From assembly GCA_033762915.1 (NCBI GenBank), contig JANRLD010000005.1, positions 8,568-72,567 of the forward strand: a stretch of 64,000 nt of DNA. Direction: 5' to 3'. Below are positions 31,416 to 40,756 of this stretch, one piece after another. Numbering within the stretch: position 1 is the first letter of the stretch; each line of letters opens with the position of its first letter. Source of the stretch: Meiothermus sp. (GTDB lineage: Bacteria > Deinococcota > Deinococci > Deinococcales > Thermaceae). A program made the position numbers and the translations under genes. The notes below the pieces were generated by a model that was not told where the DNA came from, ran no database searches, and was given only the letters and a program-made list of their open reading frames with translations.

Positions 31416-32543
31416 ATGGGATACCTCGGCGGGCTACGGAAGGGTGGGGGCAGGGGCGCAAGAAAAGGGCAAGAGGCAGGTAGGAGGGTTGTTTTTACTT
31501 TCCTCTTTCCTCTTTTCTCCTTTCTCGCCTTCGCCTTTCTGCCGCTTACCACGGCCCAGGACGCCGCGCCCGACCCTGCGGTAGTGGCCCAGGCTCGGCA
31601 GGCGGTTGCGGACTGGCAGGCCGGGAAGTTTACCCCAGCGACCCCGACTCCCGGGCAGTCCACCGAGGAACTGGTGCGTCAGCTCGAGCGTCAGCTGGCC
31701 TTCCAGCCCGCCCCGCAGGGCCTGCAGGTTAACCTCAACGAGCCCAGGGTCGCCAACACCGACCGGGGCACCGTGGTCAGCTTCCCCGCCACGGTGGGGA
31801 GTGTGGGCGGCGAAGTACGTATTACGCTGCGCGGTGGGCAGGTCACCCGGGCGGGGTTTGCGCTCGAGGGCGGCAGGCTGCCGGCTTGGACCGAGAGCCC
31901 GCTGGCCTGGGGCCTCTTCGGGCTGTTCTCGCTGCTGTTTGTCTACGCGATTTTCGGCGCTAGCCGGGTGGGTCAGCTCTGGCGCGAGGCCTGGGCCTTG
32001 ACCCGCCAGTACCGGGGGCTCTACATCGGAATAAACGTGGGGCTCTACGGCCTGTTCGCGCTGGGCTCGCTGGTGGCCTACGCCAACCCCCGCATCGTCG
32101 CGCTGATGCAGGAAGTGGTGGGCGGGGCCTTGGAGCAGATCGGGATCGGCAACGCCTTCGCGTACGGGGTGGCGGGGCTGGCCACAACCATTTTCTACTG
32201 GAACTTTACCAACGGCCTGATCCTCACCACCGCCGTGCCGGGGCTGCTGATGGGCATCCCGGCGCTGCTGTTCAACGCTGCGCGCTACTTCGTGCTGGGC
32301 TTCGCCCTGAGCCCGGTGGCGTTGCCGCTGGCGGGCTATCTGGTGCACCTGCCCACGGTGGTGGTGGAACTGCAGGCCTACATCTTTGTGACCTTTGGGG
32401 GCATGGTGTTGATGACCAAAGTGCTCAAGGGCGAGGGCTACCGCAAGGGTCTGCGGGCGCTGGGCCTAACGGTGCTGGTGGGGGCTTTCTTCCTGGTCGT
32501 GGGGGCCTGGTACGAGGCGTTCTCGCTGTCCCTGCTGCGCTGA
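31416..32543 (+). CDS. Membrane protein with an N-terminal exported domain and a SpoIIM-like multi-TM C-terminus; start uncertain
   Basis: Hydrophobic leader, soluble segment, then about 6 TM segments containing IFYWN, HLP..VVE and YE. Confidence 0.6.
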   Translation: MGYLGGLRKGGGRGARKGQEAGRRVVFTFLFPLFSFLAFAFLPLTTAQDAAPDPAVVAQARQAVADWQAGKFTPATPTPGQSTEELVRQLERQLAFQPAPQGLQVNLNEPRVANTDRGTVVSFPATVGSVGGEVRITLRGGQVTRAGFALEGGRLPAWTESPLAWGLFGLFSLLFVYAIFGASRVGQLWREAWALTRQYRGLYIGINVGLYGLFALGSLVAYANPRIVALMQEVVGGALEQIGIGNAFAYGVAGLATTIFYWNFTNGLILTTAVPGLLMGIPALLFNAARYFVLGFALSPVALPLAGYLVHLPTVVVELQAYIFVTFGGMVLMTKVLKGEGYRKGLRALGLTVLVGAFFLVVGAWYEAFSLSLLR

Positions 32544-33010
32544 TGCTGTGCCGGGCAGTTGTTTCGTGAATCCCCCCTCTTCCGGCGCGGTCGCTAACCA
32601 CTGGGCCGCAGCACTCCTCAGCTCTTTTGGGGCCGCTTGCTGGCTGTGTACAACCTGCTCGGTTGCGCCCGCCTAGGATGGGCCGGGTTTCGAGAACCCG
32701 TGATGAAGACGTCAAGGCGGGTTTGCACGGAAGGGGGTCACGCGGTCTGATAGGACATTTCGCCCAGGAAACCTGCTTTGTAATGGGGTTCGGGCCGCGG
32801 TTTCGCGAAACCCGTAGGCTCTCGAGCCGCCTTGCTTCCCCATGCTTCACGGTTCACCGAGGGCCGGAGGGTCTTGCTTTATACCTAAGTATGGCGCAAT
32901 ACTGTAATCAACCCACGGTTATTTTTCGTAATTAGGGTAGTTTAGTCAGACGTCGCGGCGAGCTGTATCAACTCGGATGTGACCATCCTCCATCATTGAA
33001 GAACTGTTTT

Positions 33011-35521
33011 ATGAGTCGGAACGGTACTTCTTCCCTCTGGCTGGAACGCCAAATTGAACGTATCCGCCTCACTAGCGGGTTGGTGGTTCTCCAGGGCGGG
33101 GTGGAGTGGGGTGCCCCGCACCTGATCGGGGCGCTGAGCCTCGAGGGCCAGCCACTGGTCTGGCTCGAGCTTAAGGCCCGCGATGCGGGTGACCCGGTGG
33201 TGCTGGGCAACAAGCTTACCGAGGCCCTGACGCGGGCGCTGGGCAGCACCCTGGTGCCGCACGGGTTGCCCTACACCCACACCCTCTCGGTTCTGCGCAC
33301 CCACCTGGGCCTGCTGGGACCGATGAGCTTCGCGCTGGGCGGGGCCGAGCACGGCCTTGAGCTGGCCAGAGCCCTGATCGGCCTGACCGGCGCGGGTAAC
33401 CGGGTTTTCCTGCACTTCAACACGGTTCCCGCCGACTTCGGCTACCCGCCCGGAACCCTGGTCTTGGGCCCGGACGAGTTGAGCCTGAGCCTGCCAGAGG
33501 CCCTCGACCTGTCGGTGCGGGAGGGGACGCAGCTTTCGCTCGAGGCCCTGACCGATTTGTGGCTGCAGAGCGAGCAAACCTACGAGCACTTTCGGGTGTT
33601 GCTGGCCCAGAGCCGGGGCGCGCTGTTGACCGTACGCCCCTCGCCTGCCGGGCCGCAGGCGGTGGCCTGGCATGGGGCCGAGTTCAGCGCCGATGGACTG
33701 TTCGAGACCCTGCGACAGAATTGCCGCTACATCGAGGCCCTCGAGGTGGCCATCGCCCAGTTGCCAGGGTCCGTAGAGGCGGTGCTGCCGCAGGCCGCCC
33801 AGGCCATCTGGCGGCGCGGTACCTACGACCTGCTGTTGCACACCCTCGAGCGCCTTCCCAGGCCGCTGGGGGGGGGCGAGGTAGCGCTGCGCTGGCGGCT
33901 GGCGGCGGCCCTCGAGTTGGGCCGCGAGGCCGAAGTGCTGCCCGAAGCCCAGGCCCTGCTGGCCCGGGCCGAGGCCCCCGAACTGCGGGCCCTGTACTCA
34001 CAGATCCTCTATCACAATGCCGACCTCGAGGGCAGCCTGCGCGAGGCCGAGCGGGCCCTTAGGGCCGAGCGAACCCCCCAGACCCTGCTGGCCTACGGTG
34101 ATGCGCTGCGCTTCAGCGACCTAGGGGCCAGCCTGGAACACCTTAAAGAAGCCCTGCGGCTGGGAGAGGAGGCCGACGACCCCCACGTAGTGGCGGCGTC
34201 GGCCCTGGCGGTCGCCCGCACCCTGGCCGCTCAGTGCGAGTTTCAGGGGGCCGTCGACTGGGCCGACCTGGGTCTGGAGGCCCACCAGCGCCAGGGGCTG
34301 GGCTCGAGCCGGCTCCGGCTCTACCTGATCAACGAGCGGAGCCTGGCCAGGGTGGTGTTGGGCCAGACCGGGGGCCTCGAGGACGAGCTGCGAAGTGAGC
34401 TTGAGCGCCTCGAGGGCGGCCCCCTACACACCCTGCTGAGCAGCACCCTGGCCGACGTCTTGCTGACGCAGGGGCGCCACGCCGAGGCCGCCGCGCTGCA
34501 CCGCCGCCTCTGGGATCAGGCCCACAAGCGCAGCCAGTACGGCCTGATCGCCAACCTCTGGATGCGGGCCTTGCTCGAGCACGAAGACTCCGAGGCCGCC
34601 CTCCACCTGGCCTCGAGGGCGGTCAACCGCACCTCCGACCTGCCGCCGGTGGTTCGCAACCGGGCGCAACTGGCTCAGGGCATGGCGCTGGCGCTGCACA
34701 GCCCTGCCGAGGCCCAAAAGGTGCTGCGGGGTCTGCTCGAGGCCGAAAATGAGGCCACCCCCCTGCTGCGCCGCACCCAGGCCGCGCTGTACTTGGCCCT
34801 GGCCCACCTCCGGGAAGGCCAGGCCCCACAGGCTGAGGCCGTCTTGCAACCCTACGTCCCGGTGATGGAGCGGCTGGGCCGCAGCGGCCTGCGCTACCTG
34901 GCCGGCCCCGAGTCGGCCTTTGACCCGCTCTGGCAATTGCTCGAGTCCCCCGCCAGCGCCGCGCTGCGGCTGAACTTCCTGGGCGGAGCCGAGGTGCACT
35001 TCGAGGGGAGGGCCCTGGGGCTGCGCCAGCGCCACGCCGACCTCCTGCTGGCCCTTGCCCTCCACCCCGAGGGCCTCAGCGGCGACACCCTAACCCTGCT
35101 GGTCTACGGCGAGTCTGGCAGTTCCGCAACCACCAAGGCCGACCTCTCGCGGCTGCGCGAGCTGATCCCCATCAGCTCGCGCCCCTATCGCCTCGAAGTG
35201 GCGGCCCAGGCCGACTTCCTCGAGCTGCCCCAGCACCTCAGCGAGGGCCGCCTGGCCGAGGCGGTATCGCTCTACCAAGGCCAGCTCCTGCCCAACTCCA
35301 CCGCCCCCCTGGTGATCCAAGAGCGTGAGGTGCTGGAGGAGGCCATTCGCCGCGCCACCCTCGACGCCGGAGACCCCGAGGCCCTGCTGACCCTGGCTGA
35401 GCGCCTCAAGAACGATCTCGAGCTGTGGGAGGCCGCCCTCGAGGCCCTCCCCCCAGCCGACCCCCGCCGCCTGATGGCCGAGCTGCGAACCAACAAACTG
35501 CGCGAGGAGTGGGAAGGGTAG
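33011..35521 (+). CDS. Large transcriptional regulator 1: degenerate MalT-like N-terminus, TPR-like helical middle, wHTH/BTAD-like C-terminus
   Basis: WLELKARDAGDP; Ala/Leu helical repeats; LLLALALHPEGLS...VYG...KADLSRLR...PYRL...YQGQLLP.S. Confidence 0.75.
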   Translation: MSRNGTSSLWLERQIERIRLTSGLVVLQGGVEWGAPHLIGALSLEGQPLVWLELKARDAGDPVVLGNKLTEALTRALGSTLVPHGLPYTHTLSVLRTHLGLLGPMSFALGGAEHGLELARALIGLTGAGNRVFLHFNTVPADFGYPPGTLVLGPDELSLSLPEALDLSVREGTQLSLEALTDLWLQSEQTYEHFRVLLAQSRGALLTVRPSPAGPQAVAWHGAEFSADGLFETLRQNCRYIEALEVAIAQLPGSVEAVLPQAAQAIWRRGTYDLLLHTLERLPRPLGGGEVALRWRLAAALELGREAEVLPEAQALLARAEAPELRALYSQILYHNADLEGSLREAERALRAERTPQTLLAYGDALRFSDLGASLEHLKEALRLGEEADDPHVVAASALAVARTLAAQCEFQGAVDWADLGLEAHQRQGLGSSRLRLYLINERSLARVVLGQTGGLEDELRSELERLEGGPLHTLLSSTLADVLLTQGRHAEAAALHRRLWDQAHKRSQYGLIANLWMRALLEHEDSEAALHLASRAVNRTSDLPPVVRNRAQLAQGMALALHSPAEAQKVLRGLLEAENEATPLLRRTQAALYLALAHLREGQAPQAEAVLQPYVPVMERLGRSGLRYLAGPESAFDPLWQLLESPASAALRLNFLGGAEVHFEGRALGLRQRHADLLLALALHPEGLSGDTLTLLVYGESGSSATTKADLSRLRELIPISSRPYRLEVAAQADFLELPQHLSEGRLAEAVSLYQGQLLPNSTAPLVIQEREVLEEAIRRATLDAGDPEALLTLAERLKNDLELWEAALEALPPADPRRLMAELRTNKLREEWEG

Positions 35522-35693
35522 CAGGGCATCCATAGCAACCAGCGGCCGTAGTTCGGCGAGGGAACCCAGGCAAGAGGACCGTGGGATTGGCACCAAAGGG
35601 GTGAACTTGGCGGGGCTGCTCGGTTCAGCCAGGGGTGCCGGGTCAGTAAATCACCAGATTCTCAAAAGGCCTGTCCCCCTCCCCGGCCCGGAT

Positions 35694-35755
35694 GCAACCT
35701 TCTCGGGAATGTATGGCCGTTCGCTCACCGCCGGTATGCAACCTCGGCGCAACCT
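35694..35755 (+). promoter_or_regulatory. GCAACCT direct repeats in 11-bp phase (35694, 35738, 35749)
   Basis: Three exact heptamers offset by 44 and 11 bp, just upstream of regulator 2. Confidence 0.6.
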
Positions 35756-35794
35756 CCCGTCCCGCACACTAAAAGACAGGTTAGGTCTAAAGAC

Positions 35795-38131
35795 ATGGAC
35801 TGGATAGAGATTCCCGAGGATAAGACCCAGTATCAGGGGGTTGCGGTGCTGCTGGGGGCCAGCAGCTGGTCAGCCCACAACTTCTTGCAGCGCCTCAGCC
35901 GCCCTGATCAGCCCATCATATGGGTGGATCTTAGTGCAAGGGATCAGTCCGACCCAGTCTCGCAGGGCAACCGTTTGGCCCAGGCCGTTGAACGGGCCTT
36001 CGGGTCTCCGTTGTTTGGGTTGGGGATGCCCTTCAGCTATGGGCTGAACGTTCTGCAAAAGCACCAGGGACTGCTGGGTTCGTTCGCCATCGGGGTTTAC
36101 GGGGCAGAGTATGCCCTCGAGATGGTCGAAGCCCTGCTGGCCATGCCCAAGCTCTCCCAGCCGCTGGTGCTGTGCTTCGAGCAGCCCTCCAAGCAGGCGT
36201 GCCTTAAGAACGCCTGGGTGATCGATCTGCGCCCCGCCATCAAGGCCGAGCCAGTGGCGGTGAGCGAGGAGGAGCAGGCCATCGAGCGCCAGGGCATCTA
36301 CAACGTCCTGGTGGTACAGCGAAAATGGGTCGAGGCTTTTGAGTGGGCCGTGCTGTACTTCCCGGCCCAGGCCGAGCAGGTGCTCGAGAAGGCTGCCAAC
36401 CTGATGTGGGCGCAGGGCTCGAGCGAACGCCTGTACCGCCTGCTGGGCCAGCTACCAAAAACCCCCGAAAACAGCCTGGCCATACTGCGCTGGCAGTTCA
36501 CCGCGCTCTTGGAACTCGGACGCGAGGGGGAAATGCTCGAGGATGTGCGGGCGGTGCTGAACGAGCAGCCTGCGCCAGATTTAAGGGCGTTGTATGCGAT
36601 TGCGCTGTATCGCTTGAATGACAGCGAGGGAGCGCTGCGTGAGGCGGTAAAGGCTGTGGATATGGAGCAAAATACCCTGACTCAATACGTTTTAGGGTAC
36701 ATTTTGCCGACTAGAGATCCTATGGAAGCGGTAACGGTTTTGCGAAAAGCAGTACGTAATGCCGAACTCGAGGACAGCCTTTACGAATCAGCCCAAAGCG
36801 CTTTGACACTTACACATACGTTTTTTCAACTAGGCCAGTACAAAGAGGCTATGGAATGGGCGGGGTGGGGCCTACGTTTGTACGATCAGAGGGGTCTACA
36901 AAATCAACAAATAAAGATCGAACTTTTCAATGAGTGGGCTTTTATGCGAATCCTGCTTGGCGATACTGCAGGACTTGAAGCCCAACTTGATGCGCACATA
37001 GAATACCTTGAGAAAAGTACAGTACGTTCTTTTACGGAGATTACCCTTAGAACAACGCTAGCCGACCTACTTCTGGTTGAGGGGCGTTCATACGAGGCAT
37101 TTGTTATCTACAGAAAAGTCTGGAATAGTGTCCAGCGACGCCAGCATTACAACTTTTTGTCTGATAGCTATGTTCGGGTTTTACTTGAGAATGACGAGTT
37201 CGATGAGGCCTTTGCGATAAGCCGCAAGGCAGTGGACTTGACAGAGGACTTGCCTGATGTATTTAACCGGCGAAGCCGTCTATCGCTTGCGATGTGTGAA
37301 AGCCTAGTTAATCCCGAAACAGGCATAGAAATGCTCAAAAACATATTAGATGAACTGAGTAAGTCGAAGTTTTTGTACATCCAGTTTTATCTGAGGGCAC
37401 AACTATATCTTGCCCGTGCTTTGTTCGCTGTCGGCGAAACAAAGGAAGCAGAAGTGTATGTTTCACAGATTTCGGAGACGTTGAAGTTAACTGGTCAGGA
37501 GAGTCTCCGTTTTATGGCAGGCCCCGCGCATGCTTTCCAAGAAGTGTTTTCGCGTCTCGAGGAAACGCAGTACCCGCTTGAACTTAAGTTCATGGGCCAA
37601 CACGAGGTACGTCTCAATGGCGCTCCTGTTCAAATGCGCCGCCGGTTCATGGAGATTCTGGCTGTGTTAGCACTAAACCCTGAGGGGTTGAGTTCAGAGG
37701 AGCTAATGTTAGCGGTATATGGAGATAAGGGTACGATTGAAACATTGCGTTCTGATCTGTCCAGGTTACGTGAGGTTATTCCGATTACACCGAAACCCTA
37801 TCGAATTCAGGTTCCTGTAAAGGCCGACTTCGTTGATTTGCAGCGCTTGATATCTCGTGGAAAGGTGCGAGAAGCCTTACGTCTATACCACGGGGCATTG
37901 TTCCCTGAGTCAACCGCAGAAGGCATTGAGGAGGAGCGCAACTATCTTGAAGAGGCGCTCAGAACAGCCGTTCTGAACTCTCAAGACCCGGAAGCCCTGA
38001 TGGGCTTGGCCGAAAAGCTCAAAGGTGATCCTGAAGTCTGGGAAGCTGCTGCCAAATGTCTGTCAAAGAACGACCCGCGCCGAGTTGTTGCCAAGGCGCG
38101 GGCTGAAAGCGTCACTGCTCAGTGGAACTAG
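35795..38131 (+). CDS. Large transcriptional regulator 2, paralog of regulator 1; low GC from about 36580
   Basis: WVDLSARDQSDP; ILAVLALNPEGLS...VYG...RSDLSRLR...PYRI...YHGALFPES. Confidence 0.75.
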   Translation: MDWIEIPEDKTQYQGVAVLLGASSWSAHNFLQRLSRPDQPIIWVDLSARDQSDPVSQGNRLAQAVERAFGSPLFGLGMPFSYGLNVLQKHQGLLGSFAIGVYGAEYALEMVEALLAMPKLSQPLVLCFEQPSKQACLKNAWVIDLRPAIKAEPVAVSEEEQAIERQGIYNVLVVQRKWVEAFEWAVLYFPAQAEQVLEKAANLMWAQGSSERLYRLLGQLPKTPENSLAILRWQFTALLELGREGEMLEDVRAVLNEQPAPDLRALYAIALYRLNDSEGALREAVKAVDMEQNTLTQYVLGYILPTRDPMEAVTVLRKAVRNAELEDSLYESAQSALTLTHTFFQLGQYKEAMEWAGWGLRLYDQRGLQNQQIKIELFNEWAFMRILLGDTAGLEAQLDAHIEYLEKSTVRSFTEITLRTTLADLLLVEGRSYEAFVIYRKVWNSVQRRQHYNFLSDSYVRVLLENDEFDEAFAISRKAVDLTEDLPDVFNRRSRLSLAMCESLVNPETGIEMLKNILDELSKSKFLYIQFYLRAQLYLARALFAVGETKEAEVYVSQISETLKLTGQESLRFMAGPAHAFQEVFSRLEETQYPLELKFMGQHEVRLNGAPVQMRRRFMEILAVLALNPEGLSSEELMLAVYGDKGTIETLRSDLSRLREVIPITPKPYRIQVPVKADFVDLQRLISRGKVREALRLYHGALFPESTAEGIEEERNYLEEALRTAVLNSQDPEALMGLAEKLKGDPEVWEAAAKCLSKNDPRRVVAKARAESVTAQWN

Positions 38132-38235
38132 CCGCCGCCACCAACTCCCGTACCACCGCCGCCGGCCAAGGCCAACGCCCACACCATCGCTGCCGCCACT
38201 GCCAAGAAGAGCTTGACTTTCAGGGTCTTGTTCAT
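38128..38235 (-). CDS. 35-aa secreted peptide precursor MNKTLKVKLFLAVAAAMVWALALA-GGGGTGVGGGG
   Basis: AAGGAGGCAGGAG directly before the ATG; basic n-region, hydrophobic h-region and A-L-A cleavage site. Its stop overlaps regulator 2's stop in CTAG. Below the ORF-track cutoff. Confidence 0.8.
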   Translation of the reverse strand: MNKTLKVKLFLAVAAAMVWALALAGGGGTGVGGGG

Positions 38236-38307
38236 CTCCTGCCTCCTTGGGCTAGAAGATAATCACTGCCCATTGACAATGGCGTTGCACATAATCGACT
38301 CAAAAAT

Positions 38308-38353
38308 ACAGCGCAAATTCAACGCCTTTGGTGTAAGGCGTGGTTTGCGCTGT
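38308..38353. terminator. Hairpin between the thymidylyltransferase gene and the peptide gene
   Basis: ACAGCGCAAA..ACGCCTT / AAGGCGT..TTTGCGCTGT inverted repeat. Confidence 0.5.
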
Positions 38354-38367
38354 GTGGAACTAAATTG

Positions 38368-39432
38368 TCAGCCCAGCTCGAGCGAGCTTAAGTCCCCCAG
38401 GATCAGCTTGTGGGCCTTGGGCAGGCCGTCGCGTTTGGTCACCCTGGCCCCCACCCCGATGATGCACTCGTGCAGACGCAGGGGCACGTCCTCCACGATT
38501 GCGCCGTCCTCGAGGATCGAGAACTCCACCTCGGCCTGGCGCACGGTGGCATTGGGGCCGACCGAGGTGAAGGGGCCAATGTAGGCCCCCTCCACCATCG
38601 CGCCTGCGGCGATGTGGGCGGGACCGAGGATCGAGCTGTTTTTCACGACCGCGCCCTTCTCCACAATGACCCGTCCCGTCACTTGGCTGTCGATCACGTT
38701 GCCCTCGAGAACCGGGGTTGGGCTCTTCTGCTCGACCAGCAGCAGGCGGTTGGCGTCGAGCAGATCGCCGGGCCGTCCGGTGTCCTTCCACCAGCCCTTG
38801 ATCTCCTCGCCCATCACGGTGTGGCCGGCGTCCATCAGGTTCTGGATCGAGTCGGTGATCTCGTACTCGCCGCGCGCGCTGGGCTTGAGCTTCTCGATTA
38901 TGTCCATGATCTCGGGGCCGAAGACGTAGACCCCTGCCACCGCCAGGTCGGAGGGTGGGTTCTTGGGCTTCTCGACCAACTTGACAATGCGGCCCTGCTC
39001 GAGCACCGCCACCCCGAACTGCCGGGGGTCGGGCACCTTGACCAGCGCGATCACCGCGCCCACACCGGGCTTGAAGGCCTGGGTGAAGCTGGCTATGCCG
39101 TCCTGGAAGAGGTTATCGCCCAGATAGAGTACGAAAGGGCTACCGGCCAGCCATTCCCGCGCCGTCCCCACTGCGTGGGCGATGCCCAGCGCCACCTCCT
39201 GAACGATGTAGGTGATGCTCACGCCGGGGAAGTCCTTGAGAGCCTGTTGAATGTCCTCCTTGGTGTCCGGCGAGACCACCACCCCGATCTCGGTGACCCC
39301 CACTTCGCGCAGGTTGGCCACCGCGTAGGCGATGATGGGCTTTCCGGCCAGCCGGATAACGGGCTTAGGGCGGGTGAACGTTAGGGGGCGCAATCGCGTG
39401 CCGCGCCCCGCAGCGAGGATAAGACCTTTCAT
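38368..39432 (-). CDS. Glucose-1-phosphate thymidylyltransferase, long form
   Basis: GLILAAGRGTRLRPLT, YLGDN, EKPK, SARGEYEITD and WKDTG motifs plus a beta-helix tail. Confidence 0.92.
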   Translation of the reverse strand: MKGLILAAGRGTRLRPLTFTRPKPVIRLAGKPIIAYAVANLREVGVTEIGVVVSPDTKEDIQQALKDFPGVSITYIVQEVALGIAHAVGTAREWLAGSPFVLYLGDNLFQDGIASFTQAFKPGVGAVIALVKVPDPRQFGVAVLEQGRIVKLVEKPKNPPSDLAVAGVYVFGPEIMDIIEKLKPSARGEYEITDSIQNLMDAGHTVMGEEIKGWWKDTGRPGDLLDANRLLLVEQKSPTPVLEGNVIDSQVTGRVIVEKGAVVKNSSILGPAHIAAGAMVEGAYIGPFTSVGPNATVRQAEVEFSILEDGAIVEDVPLRLHECIIGVGARVTKRDGLPKAHKLILGDLSSLELG

Positions 39433-39584
39433 GTCCCCGCTATCTTATCAGTCGGTGTGAGAGCGGGCCGGTCAACTGAGCGTGCTGGCATGATGGGGCC
39501 TTCAGGACCTCTTGGCCGGGGCTTTAGGGTTGGGTCCCCGGGGCTTGAGGAATTGTTGAGGAGTTGTCGGGGTTGAATCCAAAA

Positions 39585-39598
39585 TGTAAACGATTGCA
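39585..39598. promoter_or_regulatory. Auxiliary LacI-type operator TGTAAACGATTGCA
   Basis: CG-centred pseudo-palindrome resembling the 39716 site. Confidence 0.55.
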
Positions 39599-39671
39599 AA
39601 GTTCAGTGTTTCCTCGAGGCTCACCCTGCGTTTATTAGAAACTCTGTCTGGAATGGATTTGGTTACTTGTA

Positions 39672-39731
39672 TTGACAAAAGAGAACGCCGACCATAAACT
39701 ACTTTTGCAAAACAGTTGTAAGCGTTTACAA
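39672..39731 (+). promoter_or_regulatory. Sigma-A promoter (TTGACA-17-TAAACT) and LacI operator TTGTAAGCGTTTACAA (39716-39731)
   Basis: Consensus -35 box, 17-bp spacer and a near-perfect palindrome downstream of the predicted start. Confidence 0.8.
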
Positions 39732-39775
39732 GCCTCTCCGAGAACACCTTTACTCTGGAGCTTGGCTTCTGGGTC

Positions 39776-40756
39776 ATGCCTATGGACTTGCGCCGCCAGC
39801 CCACCATCACCGACGTAGCGAGGCTCTCCGGGGTCTCGACCGGCACTGTGAGCCGGGTCATCAATCAGCGCCCCGGCGTCCACCCCGAGACCAAGGCGCG
39901 GGTGCTCGAGGTCGTAGAGAAGCTGGGCTACGTGCCGATGCAGGCCGCCCGAGAGCTGACCGGCCACGCCGACACCGTGGGGATTCTGCTCTCCCCCGGC
40001 ACGAGACGCTACATCCCCTACTTCATCCACCTCTTCGAGCGGCTCAACGAGGCGCTGTGGCGCGACGGGCTCAAGCTCAGCGAGACCCCGGTGGACAGCG
40101 TCGGGCTGCCGCTGGAGGCTGCCCGGGGTTACGTCCTTCTGGGCGCACACGACCACGACCCGCGCATAGAGTACCTGCGCGACCAGGGCCTGCCCTTCGT
40201 GCTGGTGGGGGTCTACCCGCACACCTTCTGCGTCAGCCCCGACGACGAGAACGGTTCGATGGAGGCCACCCGCCACCTGCTCGAGCTCGGCCACACCGAG
40301 CTGGTGCACGTCACCGGCGACGTGAGCTTCCAGGCCGGTCGCGAGCGGCTCCAGGGCTTCCGGCGGGCCCTGGAGGCCAAGGGCCTGTCCTATCGCCCCG
40401 AGCAACTCCTGGACGGCGACTTCACCAGCCTGGGGGCCTACCGGGCGGTCTACAAGTACTGGTCGCGGGGGGGGCGCTTTACGGGCGCGGTGGCGGCCTC
40501 CGACGAAATGGCGGTGGGGGTAATGGCGGCCCTCGAGGACCTGGGGGTGCGGGTTCCGGCGGAGGTCTCGGTGGTGGGATACGACGACCTGCCCGAGGTC
40601 GGCGAGAACCTCACCACCATGCGCCAGGACATTTCCGAGATTGCGCGCACCGCGGTGCGTTTGCTTAAGGAGGCAATCTCCGGGTCCAAACCCTACGGGG
40701 TTCGGTCGCCGGTAAGGCTGGTGGTGCGCAAGACCACCAGCCAAATAGGGAGGTGA
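39776..40756 (+). CDS. LacI-family transcriptional regulator
   Basis: TITDVARLSGVSTGTVSRVIN, LLELGH and SVVGYDD motifs. Confidence 0.95.
   Translation: MPMDLRRQPTITDVARLSGVSTGTVSRVINQRPGVHPETKARVLEVVEKLGYVPMQAARELTGHADTVGILLSPGTRRYIPYFIHLFERLNEALWRDGLKLSETPVDSVGLPLEAARGYVLLGAHDHDPRIEYLRDQGLPFVLVGVYPHTFCVSPDDENGSMEATRHLLELGHTELVHVTGDVSFQAGRERLQGFRRALEAKGLSYRPEQLLDGDFTSLGAYRAVYKYWSRGGRFTGAVAASDEMAVGVMAALEDLGVRVPAEVSVVGYDDLPEVGENLTTMRQDISEIARTAVRLLKEAISGSKPYGVRSPVRLVVRKTTSQIGR

Noticed and set aside
32544..33010. A cognate small peptide for regulator 1, here or in 35522-35794
   Set aside because: No short ORF with both an RBS and a signal peptide was found in either spacer.
38128..38235. Microcin B17-like or other RiPP precursor
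   Set aside because: No YcaO, radical SAM, peptidase or exporter genes nearby, and the leader is a standard Sec signal. A remote modifying enzyme cannot be excluded.
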